NCBI RefSeq assembly: GCF_964355755.1
Contig: NC_092675.1
Location: forward strand, 17,146,912-17,210,911
DNA from: Antedon mediterranea
Lineage: Eukaryota; Animalia; Echinodermata
Length of the DNA: 64,000 nucleotides
Direction: 5' to 3'
In this document: in pieces, positions 38,806 to 52,815 of the stretch
Layout of the letters: every line of letters starts with the position of its first letter
Position numbering within the stretch: position 1 is the stretch's first letter
Program-made: the position numbers and the translations under genes
Notes under the pieces: generated by a model
The model's database searches: none
What the model saw: the letters and a program-made list of their open reading frames with translations, nothing else
Told to the model about the DNA's origin: nothing

Positions 38806-39829
38806 ATTGTGCTACTGTACAATAGCCAGGTCAATAGGTAGACCACCAATGTCAAACTGCTTTCTCAAACCCTGTTAATGCCTGAAGTAAAGAGAAAAAT
38901 AAATTTAGAAAATACTGAAAAATGAGAGTTTGATAAATCGCCTTGATAAAAAGATCTTTTATGCAACAGAAATTTGAATTCACATTGTTGACTATCTAAT
39001 CTCTTAAAAAATACAACTGTTACTTACAGTAATTTTGTTAATTCAATTTTAAGTGTACTACTACTATTTTAAAGGTTTTTGCACTCTCTAATGGACAGTT
39101 AGCACCATCCTGAATAGGGTTCTCAATTGTATACGTTTGTTCACTATCATGCACTGGAGTGCAAAAAGTGTGTAGCAAAAAAGCAGAACAGATTTACGAG
39201 CAAAACACACACCACTTGTATATCTTGTCAATTCTGGTACAAGACTAGGCGTTTTTGATCGCCGAGCGTGCAGTGCCAGAACAGCGACCATCTAGCCAAG
39301 CTAGACTTACTTCTACTACTACTAGGCCTACGGTAGGTAAAAACTTCACAGTGACTACGTCTACGCCTAGTCATAGATACAATTCCTGTGTTATATCTAC
39401 GCCTATTGAAACAATCGGGCCTCCTGCCCTTGTAACCTTAAAAAAACATCCTTCTTCTAGCAAAATGCTGACAAAAGACGATGATTAAAAAATTCAAAGT
39501 GTTCAAAACAATTTCCAGTTGTGCTTAAAATACAGGTTACAGGATAATTGTTATTATTTTAATATAGAAATAGACAATATAATTATACAAAACACAACAC
39601 AAACAATACATTAGAACAATTCCCATTATGCTTTTATTATTTTAATATAAAAAAAAACCCAATACATTAGTGAGGATAAATAGTACATGACACAAAACAA
39701 TAAATTCCAGTTACTTAAATACTGTAATACCAATATTCACTACATAATATACATACAAATAATAATTCTAACATTGATAAGTACCATTCACTTATTATTT
39801 TATTTAAGGTACACTGAATTGACTGTTTG

Positions 39830-41516
39830 CTGGTAATCTATATAATAATCTTAAAACATTGTCAGAAATCACTCTACTCCCAGCATTCAATAATGATCTA
39901 GCTGAGCGTTCTCCAGTCCGGTATTGCTCCCATAGTACCATCAACCGTCTCGTTGCATGCCTGTATTGTACCCTTTGAATCCTGTTGCATTCCTCCCTGT
40001 TAACAAGCTCAGTAGTTATCAATACGTTTTCCGACTCTTGATGAAGAAGTTGTACTAGTAAGTAGAAATAGAGTTTGGCTGTGGGTGAAAAATGTAAATA
40101 AAAATAACATAAAGTAGCAACAAAATAAATATACATTAACATTTGATTAACGATGAAATACTTACCGCATTTGCCTTTACGGTTCAGTTGCCCATGGTAT
40201 CCTCCTAAATCATTATTGGTTTTGGTTGCTTGTCCAAATACAGACCAATCGCTAGGGCTGAATAGGTGACCTTGATCCAGGTTGTTTGGTATTAAAAAAA
40301 CAGTTGGCGAATTGATCGGTCATTACCGGCCCTACGTTGGATTATTGTGAAAAGAGGTATGATGTGGTCTTCGGGAAGTAGGGGAGGAAGTAGGGGTAAT
40401 TCCATAAGCTGTCGAACAATCTATCAAATAGAAGCAAAATAGACATGCAAACAAATGAAAACATTTAACATGGCTGTAGAAAAAATCGTTAAATTAATTT
40501 TACTGTGAAAAAAAACGTTAAATTAATTTCAGTGCTGTACCTCGTGGGTCCCATTATGGTTTCTGTACACCCGTTGCAAACCCATTTCTTGCACCTTCTT
40601 GAATACAGCCGGTACTAAAAAATAAGCACAAACAAGTAAACAGAAAGAGTATTCTGAATGGTGGGAAGAAGCAGAATGTACAATTCACAAGATGTATCTG
40701 TGTAGAAGAAAAAAAAATGATTAGTTTAAACAAGTACAGTAACAGAAATAGCTATAGAAATTATTATTATTATTATTAAGTTATAAAATATACCTGGATT
40801 AGCTCCACAAATGTATCTTAAATACAATATGAAAATCACCTCAATTGTAGGGTCATCATAAAAAAGAATGTTTTAGGACAATTCATTAATATTAATCTTT
40901 CACAGAGAAAGTATTGAATTGTCATGCTAGCCAAGATGGTTCTTTGGTTTGTTATTGGCAGAAATTGTTTAAAATAAATAACATTTTTGAAGTACGAACT
41001 AAACAAGTGATAAACACCAAACAAAACATAGAAATAAAAACAACCTAATTACGATCTACTAATTGCAGTACATCATCTACAAGAAATTGGTCATTTTCGA
41101 CTTTTTTATTAAATAAAAAAATAAGTATAAATAACTATGAAGTTTACTTTTAAAAGAGATTTGGTTCAAATTTGGTATTTACCTTTCCACGACTGGTGGG
41201 TGATGGGAGAATTGTGTATTGAACATCGTCTTCAATACCAACAACTGGTCGTGGATAGTTGTATTGTAGTTCAGGTTCTATGTGCTGTTGGGCTCGTCTA
41301 TTGTGACAATATCTCTGGCAAACAAATCTGCATCTTCTCTACATTTACCGTACACCGATTCTAATCTTCTTCCTTCTCGCATAGTAGCACGATATTCTGC
41401 TGCAGAGATTCCAGTTTGGCAAGGTTGATGTTGCCAGCGATTACAACTCTCACACTCCACAGCTTCTTCATCATTTACAGTAGCACTTCTCAATTACAAA
41501 ATATACAAGCTTCCAT
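39830..41516 (-). pseudogene. Degraded, internally deleted PHD-finger MULE transposase gene, related to 47345-49631
   Basis: N-terminal VECESCNRWQHQPCQTGI. C-terminal exons AVFKKVQEMGLQ, TNNDLGG.H..LNRK and LYFYLLVQLLHQES..RLMVLWEQY align with the + copy. Stops and frameshifts present. Confidence 0.75.
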
Positions 41517-41904
41517 GATTTTAACAGAAAAATGAGTACTTTCTTTCAAATCTTATGGACTTTATATAGCTACGTGCGTTAATTCACCGCCAGCACTACA
41601 ATGTCTTTTGAACAATGTGTTCTTTTTATGTACCGCGACACTCGAAAGAAAAAGACCTTTTTATAAAATATTCATAGACAGCTTGTCATTCGATTTACTG
41701 AAATAATGTTACTGAAATGTTTTGTTTAATGTATTTAAAAAAAAACACCATACATTTTTTTGACCTACTATTATCTACAATTTATTATTATTATTCTGGA
41801 AGAAAAAGGATAATCGATCAACTTGATCCATCAATATGTGTAGCAAATATTACACCACAATTATGCAGTAATGTTACTGAATGTTTTTGTTTATTGTATT
41901 ACGA

Positions 41905-43260
41905 AAAAAAACCACCATGGAATAATCATGTAGATTACATAGTTTCAAATGCTAACAGACTTGCTGGTTTAATCTTCAGAGTTGCAGGAGGTGCCCATCC
42001 TTAATTTTACCAATCATTGAATATGCCGAACACACAAAAAAAAAATGCTGATAGACTTATTAAACGAATTCAGGTCTGCCACAAGATGGAAAAAGAGCGA
42101 AATACCATACACTGATCAACTTAGACGGCTTGGTTTTTAACTTTGAACGTTATTTTGTAGAAGGATATCGCAGTATTCGACCGATTTACTTCCAGATAAC
42201 CTTTTTAGAAATAAAAGCTGATGATGTAATGATCTTTTCCAAGCATGTCTTTCGGTTTAGTAAATGTTTTTTTTTATCTTGTCAAAAGTTTAAAGTCATT
42301 TTATAAATAAAAGGAATCCTCTACAAGTATTTTAATCATCTTGAGTGTTTTCCTCAGCCTTTTGAAATATAAAGGTAAGTTTTATATTATAAATAGGCCT
42401 AATAATATATAATTATTATATTAATTAATACATTTTTAGAATTATTTTTATTACGCAATTATCTTCTTGTGAATAATTTATTTAAGTAAAAAACTGTAAA
42501 TTGTAAAGTTAATTATTTTTATAATTTTATTATCAATTGCATAGAGCAACAAGATTGATTCCTGGGTACCGTAACATCCCTTACGAACAACGTTTGAGAA
42601 TTCTTGATCTTCCCACTCTGAGATAGAAGGCAGAGAGCGGATATTATCCAAGTTTTTAGGATTGTAAAAGGTTTCGATTGTATTTCGATCAATACATTTT
42701 TTGAATTTGATCCAGAATCTCGTACCCGGGGACACCCATATAAACTCAAGTTTAAAAGCTCTCGTCTTAATATAAGGAGGGACACAATAACATTCTCCAC
42801 CAGTAGAGTTATTCTATTATGCACTTGTCAATTGTATGACCCACTATACGACCCACGGGAGAGTTGCTTCATTTGTCTGATGTGTGTCATACCTTATGAA
42901 TACCATGACGCACATGTGCGTAAAAAATGTGACGTACCTTTAGTTGACCATGACGCACCCATTTTGACGCACTGTGACCATGTTTTTTATGATATTTTTA
43001 GTGGTAAAGTGATGGACATTGACACATCATCATTCATTGATGTGACATACTTTCTAGGTTTTTTGAGGCACCCCTGCGTCAATAATTATTTGTAAATGAC
43101 GCACCCATTACGCACCTCTCCCGGGGTCGTATTGACAAGTGCATTATGGAATACTCTGTCTACGGATGTAGTTTCATGTGCTACTGTGAACTCGTTCAAA
43201 GCAAAACTTAACGTCACATGGTCCAACACCTGTTGAAGTTTTCACCTATATTGAATATGA
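41905..43260 (+). mobile_element. CR1-like LINE 3' remnant
   Basis: WNNHVDYIVSNANRL; TRGHPYKL..RLNIRR; RVIL|LWNTL rejoins across a MITE; TVNSFKAKL. Confidence 0.65.
42820..43143. mobile_element. MITE with TTA TSD (PIF/Harbinger-like) and internal tgacgcac repeats
   Basis: tta|tgcacttgtcaat...attgacaagtgca|tta. Removing it restores the LINE reading frame. Confidence 0.8.
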
Positions 43261-43853
43261 CTTTATCGTCAAGAGGGGCTTTTAAGCACTGAGTGCTTCG
43301 CCTCGATCCCGTAGACGAACATGTACGGAAAGCAAGTAGACCGACGCAACCGAAATGATCGGTTACCGTAACTAGGCCTGTACTACGGAATTACAATGTA
43401 TAATTATTAGCTGTCAAGAACTACACCGCTAACATAACCATCGTTAATACTACTTTTCCAGTCAATTTTTTCTATACATAATGATTCTTTTAAAAATGAT
43501 GATGATGAAACCAATGAAATTGGGCGAGTGGATACGCTTTGGTTTTGCCGATGAATTAAGGATGTACCCGAAATAGTCTATACAATTGTGCTTCACCGCC
43601 AAGCTTACCGACAACTAGAACACTCTTACGCCTCTGGGACGAGTATCGCGCAGGCCAATGATCAGCGAGGTTGCTCCTTAACGCTAGATCGCGCGTTATA
43701 TCAAATGATGTTCGCGATTTGTTGTAAAGATGAGATAGATGTAAATATTGCTAATAAATAAAAGATTAAATAAATAGATAAATTAAATAACGTCTGTAGA
43801 TGTAAATAGAGGTAACATTGGTAATAATAAAAGATTAAATACATAGATAAATT

Positions 43854-44737
43854 TGTAATGAATTGGATTCAATTGAGTATTGAGGGCACTGCGTAGTCAT
43901 TCTGTAATTGGAATACAGGTGACACTGTGTGATAAAAGGCTGTGCGTAAGCAGAGCGGGTCTTTTGTTTGTTGTGTTTTAGGCTCTCGCTATGTTATAGT
44001 TCCGATATAAGGCTGTGCGGGTTCTTTTGTTTGTTGTGTTTTAGGCTCTCGCTATGTTACAGTTCTGATATAAGGCTGTGCGGGTTCTTTTGTTTGTTGT
44101 GTTTTAGGCTCTCGCAATGTTACAGATCTGATATAAGGCTGTGCGGGTTCTTTTGTTTGTTGTGTTTTAGGCTCTCGCAATGTTACAGTTCTGATATAAG
44201 GCTGTGCGGGTTCTTTTGTTTGTTGTGTTTTAGGCTCTCGCTATGTTACAGTTCTGATATAAGTCTGTGCAGGTTCTTTTGTTTGTTGTGTTTAAGCTCT
44301 TGCTATGTTCTTATTTTGTAAGTACTAAGCTTAACTTGTATATGTATAAGCAACTGATTTACCATATGTTAACTATAATCATGCTTTACAATGAATGAAA
44401 CTTGCATTTACAATATTTATTTTAGATTCCGAGGTATAATAGTCAGGAGTTGTTATCACGAGTTGATGCTGTGTCATACATTTGGTGTTGTATAACTTGA
44501 GGTACTATTATATTGTGATTGTTCGTTGTTGGATTGGTGCATTATTTACTTATTGATATAATTGACTGTTAGATACAGTGGTTGTTATTTGTTTATTCAT
44601 ATTTTGCAGGGCTTGAATTCTTGTACTTGAAATGATTTGTATAATGATTTGATGCAGAAGTACAATACGAAACTAATAAATCGGATAGAGGGAATGAATT
44701 AAAGTGTATTCTCCTTTATTTGTTTGGAACCACGACA
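43854..44737 (+). mobile_element. Solo LTR (Gypsy-like), 884 bp, 4-bp TSD aatt
   Basis: aatt|TGTAATG...CACGACA|aatt, with AATAAA near the 3' end. It interrupts a ~68-bp host tandem repeat (gataaattaaataacgtctgtagatgtaaata) exactly at these borders. Confidence 0.75.
43956..44308. repeat. 63-bp minisatellite, about 5.5 copies, inside the solo LTR
   Basis: Unit gcgggttcttttgtttgttgtgttttaggctctcgctatgttacagttctgatataaggctgt; ggctctc occurs at 43981 and 44044. Confidence 0.95.
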
Positions 44738-47344
44738 AATTAAATAACGTTTGTAGATGTAAATAAAAAGGTTTCAATTTGAATGATGAATGTAAATTTT
44801 TGTATACGTTTTTGTTTTAAAAATAAAAAGATTGAATGATCATTGACAACAATGTGAAACGAGTTTGTTTTGCATACATTAACGTATCTATGTTTTGCTT
44901 AATGAATTGAATAAATGTTGCTATTTTTCCCGTCGGAAACAAATATAATATACTAAATATATTAAAATATAATGCTTATAAAAACATTTTAAAAACGTTA
45001 AACTAATAAAATACTGTATTTACAATATTTATTTAAATATAATGATTATTTTATAAAAACATTTTTAAATAAACACCTAAAAACCTTAATAGAGCCTACA
45101 CTTCGATCTTTAATTAGAGCTTACATTGTACAGGGATTAGGCCAAGTTGAGCCGCCGCCAGAAAAACATTATTTTCTATGAAACGCCAATTGCGCGCTAT
45201 CGGCAGTGCTCGTTGTTTTATATTATAATTTACGACGTAACAAGTTTAATAGTGATGTTGGACACATTTATAAGTGAAAGTACTGTATGTAAAGTAGGTC
45301 TGTCTAATTGTTAAAATTAAATATTATTAAACTTGTGTCATCGAATACTAATGTTTGTCACATAAATTTAAAAAAATCCCTGAAAAAAAAAAAATAATAC
45401 TGTGCAGCCAAAATTAAAATAACTGGATTAAAAATTGTGATTGTTTCATTATATTTATATTAAATTAAATTTATTCTGTAAATAAGATAATAGATAATTA
45501 ATATATATATATATATATTTATTTTCAATATATTTTATAAATTGTATTGTTTTCGGAAAGAAATAAATATTACGTATTAAAATTTCATACGGTAAAAATA
45601 TATTTATGTTCAGTTAGGTTTCCTAGGCTAATTGGTAAAGAAAGAGTATCGTAATATCGTTGAAAGCACCTAATAAGTAATAATATGTTACATATACATC
45701 TAAATTTAAATTAGCAAGAACTATTTACTTTCAAGATATGATGAACGTTAAATATATATATTTTATAAGACCAGTTTAGATCAAATAATATGGTTTAAAT
45801 AGAAATTTTAGGTTTGTTTTCTTTTATTTATTATTAGTTTATTTTTTTTTCTTTTTCGTATTTAATGTTATAGTTTGGGATGGGTCAAACTTAAAGTCGT
45901 TATGACTTATATGACTCTCCCCTCCACATAATCACTTGCATTTAGGCACATGTGTATTTTATTAAATTGTGCAAATAAAATTGAAATTGAAATACTGTAT
46001 ATATTATATTATAAAATATAGGGTTAGGGTTCCCTAATCAGGTAAAGCAATTATTTTGTAAATTTTCTATAATTGAAATGTTGAAATGTTAAACTACCAC
46101 CTTTACCACATCGTGTAAAATAAAATCCTCAGGTCTTGAACGTGTGTATCTGTGTAACTTGTATCATGTATGATTAAAGTACAAGTACTGTAGCTAGAAA
46201 TTAAAAAATTGTGAATATAATATCATTACAGTATTTATAATAAATTTACATAATGAATTTTGTTTCAAACTGCGTTTGTTTTATTCAGTTGTAAAATGTG
46301 CACATTATAGCTTGGATTTGATTTATTGCGACGCCAACATAAAGAACAGAGATAAAAACAAACAAAAAACGACATGAAAAAAAAAACAACAAAAGACAGT
46401 CCACAAAGCAATACCGATGTCGACGGAACGCTTTGCGTAGTAAAACAATACATACTTTTATTTCATCAGGTTTCAAAGGATGTAAAAATTATACAATAAC
46501 AAATCTAAAACAAAGATGGGCAGTGTTGTCGGCCAAGCGCTTTGCTTTTTTTTTAAAGCAACCTTTGTTTTACTAACTAAAAGTCCTTATAAAGAACAGA
46601 ATATTCCCAGAACTGTCACTTTCGATTTATTTTTCAACTGTTATAGCGTTCCCATTGAACTGAGCTAGTGAGGGCGCTATGCTGGTTGTCTTGGAGAAGT
46701 ATCATGGCGGCCTACATGTATGCAGTGTGGTTGTGCCTTGCCCTTTAGTTTCAAGTTTGTTAAAGATATTATTTAGAAATTGTAGATTTGTAAAGGTTTT
46801 CTATTGAGCCACAAAACTTCGGTGAGCTTTGCAGTTATAATTATATTATCTTGTTATTGAATGTTAATGTTATTAGTTGAATTTTGTAAGCCTAGCTAAT
46901 AGTCCTAAATTACAGCCTATGACAGTTTACAGTACTGTGTTTTGCTATGCAGAGATTAGGGCCTAGTTGAGACGGGTCCATTTGATTATTGTATGTTGTT
47001 TGAATAATAATACTGTATAAGGAAATTGCTGTACTTAGTGTATATTGTATTGATAAAGGACTTAGAATTGATGTTGCTAAAGCACGGTTGCTGCCCAAAT
47101 TTTCATTGATTGATGTTTAATTATTGTTTTCTCATATTTAGTGAATCCCCCTCTCGATACGAAGTGACAGCGATATTGTATGCATGTTAAGAGCAAGATA
47201 ATCAGGATTAAAGTTATATTTTGTTTCTCTCAACCAAGTTTGTCCTGTTTGTTTGTGTCATACTTGCGATTGATTCCATTGGTGGCACTCTATAGTTTTT
47301 AGAAATTACGAACTCTACAACTGTTATCATCAATATTATCAATC

Positions 47345-49631
47345 ATGAACGAGTGTATAGAGTGCCAAGATCCAGTTACTGAACGTCAAGAAGGTGTGTT
47401 GTGTGAGGAGTGCGGGAGGTGGCAACATCAGATATGTGGGACCGGGATAACGCGAGAGCAATATCGACAAGGCATGGAAGACGGTTACCTGGATTGGTCT
47501 TGTAATGAGTGCATGTTGGAAAAGAACCCCGTACAACCAGAAGACGATATATATGCTGCGGAATTGGGTCACTTTGTGGAACCAGATGATTTCATAGAGG
47601 ATGATTTAGAAAACCCATACCCTCAACCAACCCAGAGGTACTGTAGTACTGGAAGAACCAATCAATTCTCTGTTTAAATATATTATGTATAGGCTAGGCC
47701 TATAATAAGCACATTGTGACAAATATTATCATTCATCTTTTAATGTTACACAAACATTCTTAATTTTAAACGTAGTTAGAAAACATATACTGTATAGAGA
47801 TCTGTTTATTGATTTCAATATTTAACCAAATTTGCTTTCATTTACAATTTTAAGAAGAATGATATCTTTAAATTTACTAATACTTGATTTTTTTTTTCTT
47901 CCAGGCAAAGCTGTTCGACAGTCTTGGTTACGAATACACCTTGAAGGTTGATAGACGGAGACCAGCTGTGACTTGGCGATGTGCCATGAAGACTGCACGG
48001 TGCAAGGCAACATGTCATGGAAAAAGATGGTGCTTATGTCCGAGGAACACAAGAGCATGTTTGTGATAACATCCCAGGTATGGTTGTTCTTCTGTTTTCA
48101 TTGTCACAGATTTTCGCATTTTTGCCTTTGGAATAATTTCATTTTTTTGCATGACGTGTATTGCTACCTATATATTTTTTTTTAGGTCGAGAAAAGGTGG
48201 CAGTAATCCGCAGGAATTTAAAACAACAAGCCGTGGAACTTCTTCGAGAAGAAATTGGCGTTGGGAACGTTGCACTCCATCCGTCTTTACCAACACCAAG
48301 AAATCTGGCACGTCAGGCGAACCTGAAACGGAAACTCACCAGACCTAACCAACCAATGGACCTAAACTTTATACTGGATGACGAACACATCGCCCCTGGA
48401 TTTCTTCGCACCGATGTACAACACGCAGGCACCCGTCACATCGTTCTGGCGACTGATGACATGATTCACCTCCTTGAAAGGGCGAAGGTTTGGTATGTTG
48501 CGTAATTTCATTTTCGAATTCAAATCATTGGGCCCAAATCACTAATATTGCTACCTTGTAGTGATATTTATAATTATTGTATTATATTTTATTTTTTTAT
48601 ACTGTAGGTACATTGATGGAACTTTCAAATTGATGGAACTTTCAAATTGGTGAAAGAGCCCTTTTATCAGCTATTTTCCATCAACAGCTTCATCAAGTCC
48701 GGGACGGCGCAGAAGCAAGTACCACTGGTTTTCGTCATCATGTCAGGGAAGAGCATACATGAATACACTGCTGTGCTGGAAGCAATTCTGACGTTGATTC
48801 CCAGAACTTCTGTGAGAAAGATTGTGGTTGACTTCGAGGCAGCATTGTGGCAAGTCATTCAGGCGTTGCTCCCACGGGTTAGAATCAGCGGTTGTTTTTT
48901 CCAATTTACACAGGTAGGTTTCTTTTACGATTAAATTACCTTTGTAAATACATTAGACATATAGTGTTTCACAGTTTTAAATTATTCTTGTTGCAGGCTG
49001 TATTCCGTAAGGAGCAGGAATTGGGGCTGCAACAAGCTTACCGAAGGGATCCTGGAACACCAGCGGTCGTCCGACAACTGATGTCTTTACCCGTCATCCC
49101 CGTTTAGCATATTGGTCCTGTCTACGCCACAATCGAAGAAGATGTGATTGGAGTTGAAGCACTTGCGCCATTGATGGAGTATATGCGGACAACATGGATA
49201 GATGGTCGTATTTTCATGCCACAAGACTGGGTTGTCTATCGTCAACTTGTGTGAACCAACAATGACATCGAAGGATGGCATCGTCGCATAAATTATCGTG
49301 CTAAATGTGGTAAGTCCAGTTTGAATGAAAAATCATTTCCTAACAACTATCTAAATGTGTTAATTTAGTACAATTGCTTATTCGTCTTTTCTTTCTAACA
49401 GCAAATCTTCAGTTTTATCTCATGTGCCAATTGCTGTATGAGGAGGCAGTGTCGGTTACATTGGCCGCAGAACTGGTATTTCGAGAGGATGTCACTAGAC
49501 TTTCATCCATCAGCGCTATCAGAGCAAACCAACGCTTGACCAGAATATGGGACGAATACACAGCAGGCAACCAAGGTGTTCGCGCTCTGATGACATCCGC
49601 AAGTCGCCTTATAAAATATTCAACAAAATAA
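47345..49631 (+). pseudogene. Mutator/MULE transposase pseudogene with PHD-FLYWCH-DDE architecture. Exons ~47345-47637, 47905-48077, 48186-48492, 48608-48913, 48997-49309, 49402-49631
   Basis: PHD C..C...CEECGRWQHQIC..WSCNEC. FLYWCH-like GYEYT..WRC....C. MULE core WYIDGTFKLV..PFYQLFSI, VPLVF, VVDFE, GCFFQFTQAV, TNNDIEGWH. Lesions: 17-bp duplication at ~48612-48646, TAG at ~49104, TGA at ~49252. Confidence 0.88.
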
Positions 49632-49946
49632 AACCAACAGTAAATTTTAGACATGAATGTACATGGCTAAATAAAACAATGATTTAACGAATAATTATAG
49701 GCCTTATTTCTTTTTTTTATGTAATTATATTTATTATATATTCTTTTTTTAAACTATTTGATTGTAGATTAACTTAAACCTTGAATAATAAAAAACAATA
49801 ACTTTGTATACATTCAATTTTCTATGATAAAAACTGTAGGTTAAGTAGTTATGTATTTGATTGTAGATGAACTATTTGAACCTTGTGATTAAAAAAAGAA
49901 TTGTATACTTCCTTTGCTATGATAAAAAAACGAAATTGTACATTAA

Positions 49947-50957
49947 AGGAAAGGAACACCCTGGGCTAAATGTGCCACTGTGCTTATAGATAAATGTAAT
50001 AAAAACATGATTACAATGGTTCAAGGTACAATAGTAAGCAATTTAGTTAAAAAATAGACTTTTAAACGACAACATATCGGAAATTGAACAGCGCCATTTT
50101 GACAGGTTAAGAGCAAATATGTGATGTCAGATTAGGTGGACGCATTCAAGCAAATCCAAGCGTCCATCGTCTTAGTACAGTATTTCAATATGGAAGTGCG
50201 GGATATAACCATAAATAAAATCAATTAAATAGCCTAACATACCTAATAATTCGGAATATGGCTTGGAGTTTTTATAATTTAGAAAATTTGGAACCAGAAT
50301 ATACAGAAAGAGAGTTAGTTTTGCGTTGTGCAGATGAGGAAAAAAGAAGAGAAGAAGAACATTCTCGAGCATAACAAGCCGTCGAAGAATGGTGTGCTTG
50401 CGGCCAGTGTATCTGTACTGTATGCCTTACTAGGCCTAGAACTCGTGTTGAACGAAAATAAAGTAGACACTGCATCGTCAACCAACAGCCTTCGTTTGGA
50501 AGGTTTACCAGTTAATTCCCCTACCAAATCCCGTTTGAAACAGCTAGGCAATAAAAGTAACAATAGATTAATAATAGCTGAAAGATTTACGAATTGGCTT
50601 GCAGAAGAAAAGATCGAGCGAAGGTTTGTTTACCAAGCCAGCGCATGCTCATACCGCGTCATCGCCGTCCTGCATGACCGCATGTCGCGTTATTAGCCAA
50701 TCATATTAGCGGATTCGCTTATCCAATAGAAGCGCCGAATGCAACCGCGAATCTTAAAATTTTCGTCGGCCGTATCTGACGTCACAAACAGGCTGCCATG
50801 AGCACAAGATGGCGATTTTCAAATGTCTTGAAAACAGCTTTAAAATCCTGTTTACTAGAAAACTACAAATCCGATTTAAACATAAATTGTTCTGAATATT
50901 AAGTTGGTAGGGTTACTTTTATAATAGTTAGGTAAAATATTAGGTTGTTCCTTTCCT
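49947..50957 (-). mobile_element. Non-autonomous Kolobok-like element (TTAA TSD) with THAP-domain remnant
   Basis: ttaa|aggaaaggaaca...tgttcctttcct|ttaa. The minus ORF contains CFKRDLVGELTGKPSKRRLLVDDAVSTLF, similar to the THAP C-terminal AVPTIF box. Confidence 0.8.
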
Positions 50958-50998
50958 TTAAGTATGTAATTTTATATATTTGATTGTATTAGATTAAC

Positions 50999-52300
50999 CA
51001 TGGAGTAAAGAATAAGAGGAGGCACAACACGGCCTAGCTATCCAGTTAATCCAATTAGTATCACGCTGTGCGATAGTGCTTAAGCATAGGGTAATAAACT
51101 TCCCATAACGATCCTTTGAAGAACATCCTGTTTACCTGTGCAGCTTGGCTCTGATTACGTAACACCCTAATTAAGGAAGAAGCCAGGCATGACATCGGTG
51201 ACAAGAAAAGTAAACAGAGGCTGCGCAGTAGTTTCTAATACATCATAGTGAAGCATGACCTTTGTGCAGTTGTTCATTGTTCTTTCAGCTTTTTTCTCGA
51301 AAAAACCGTTTAAAAATCGAGTAAATTTTCACGGAGATATCGCAGTTTTTATACCAGCTAACAAATTAATCATATTTTTTATCAAGCCATAGACGTATCA
51401 TTTGGTAAATCGAAATTTTACCGTTTAAGCAACTTTTTAATTTACGAACCCTAGTGCATTTTGTAGCATATTAAAGACTCCAACTTATTTTAAAATCATA
51501 TTTTAGAAAATTATATGATTTGTTCTCATGAATATTAAAAAATATACGTATATAGAATTCCAACGACACAATTTCTTATTTTTATTACTGTATATGACAT
51601 TTAATTTATGTTTCAGTCTATATTATGACCGTTTAGCAAAACTAAAATTCTTCTATTTTAGTCTGATATTGTATAATTAAATTATTTATGATATTAATAT
51701 CATAACATATATGATTTTTACGATCACATACTTAGAGTTCAGTGAAATTGTAGGACTAAATTATATATCGTTTAACGATTTGTGGCTACACATAAGCCTA
51801 CTACATATAGTAGGCCTCAGTTCGTAATATATTATTATTTAATAAATAGCCTAAGACGACGACGAGGGGATACAGCCCCCGTAGCCCCCCGCTGGCACCA
51901 CCACTGGTCCTTATTAAACCCAATCCATCATGATTCATGATAAGTTGTCTGGAGAAATTACCAACATTTAGTACACAAAACCATATAAATATAATTCCTT
52001 TATTGGTGCCGTATAAAACCCGTATTATTTATTTATTAATAAAAGATATCCAGTAGAATAGCGCTGCTTTTTATAAAAATTAATAAACAAGGTCGGAATA
52101 CAAGTTCAGTAGGTCTACAAACAGTAACACCAAAATTGACCGCGGGCAGTAAACATTGTAATCTTTGCTAATTGGGTTACGTAACGGCAGTGTTTAGCAC
52201 CTATTAAATACTCATTACAAGCATAGCCTTAAGCAAGCGGTAAACACGATGAACTGACTGAACTATTCAAGTTGTGTCTCCTCTTATTCTTTACTCCATG
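50999..52300. mobile_element. 1.3-kb non-autonomous P-like element, TIR of about 30 bp, 7-bp TSD gattaac
   Basis: gattaac|catggagtaaagaataagaggaggcacaac...gttgtgtctcctcttattctttactccatg|gattaac. Confidence 0.85.
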
Positions 52301-52815
52301 GATTAACTGGCAAAAACAATAAACTTGTATACGTTACTTTGATAAAAACAACAAAATGAAGTAGGCCTACAGTATGTTTATATTTTGATTTTATTAGATT
52401 AACTGTTAAAACCTTGAAAAACAATAAAATTTGTATACGTTACTTTTTTGCACATTTGTATTTTGCATTTTAAAGAACGCCAACAGGTCTACTACTACTG
52501 TGGGCCTACTACTGCTTGACGGCATAATCATTACACGGAATATAGTAAAAGACGCGTTGGGCGTTTCATAGAAACTAGCGGAAGCGCGACCGCGATGATC
52601 CGATCAGATACTACGTAGTACGCAGGCCACTTACCGTCCTACGTGGGCCTAGCTAGACTACAGATATGATAGGCCTCCCTCCAGCCTTTTTCAGTTTATG
52701 CCTAGGCCTAGCCTGGCCCTAGCTGCTAGCCTACTATCTATGCTAGTAGTAGGCTAGGTTAATAATGCTAGGTAGGCCTCTACTAGCTAAGCCTAGCCTA
52801 TACCTATAATTTTAA

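Noticed and set aside
42832-43095. 87-aa Cys/His-containing ORF
   Set aside because: Lies wholly inside a 324-bp MITE built from tgacgcac repeats.
43968-44321. 117-aa Cys-rich repetitive ORF, or a CRISPR-like array
   Set aside because: It is the translation of a 63-bp minisatellite inside an LTR. There are no unique spacers and no cas genes, and the context is eukaryotic.
50328-50696. 122-aa plus-strand ORF
   Set aside because: Antisense to the THAP remnant of the Kolobok-like element; no motif of its own.
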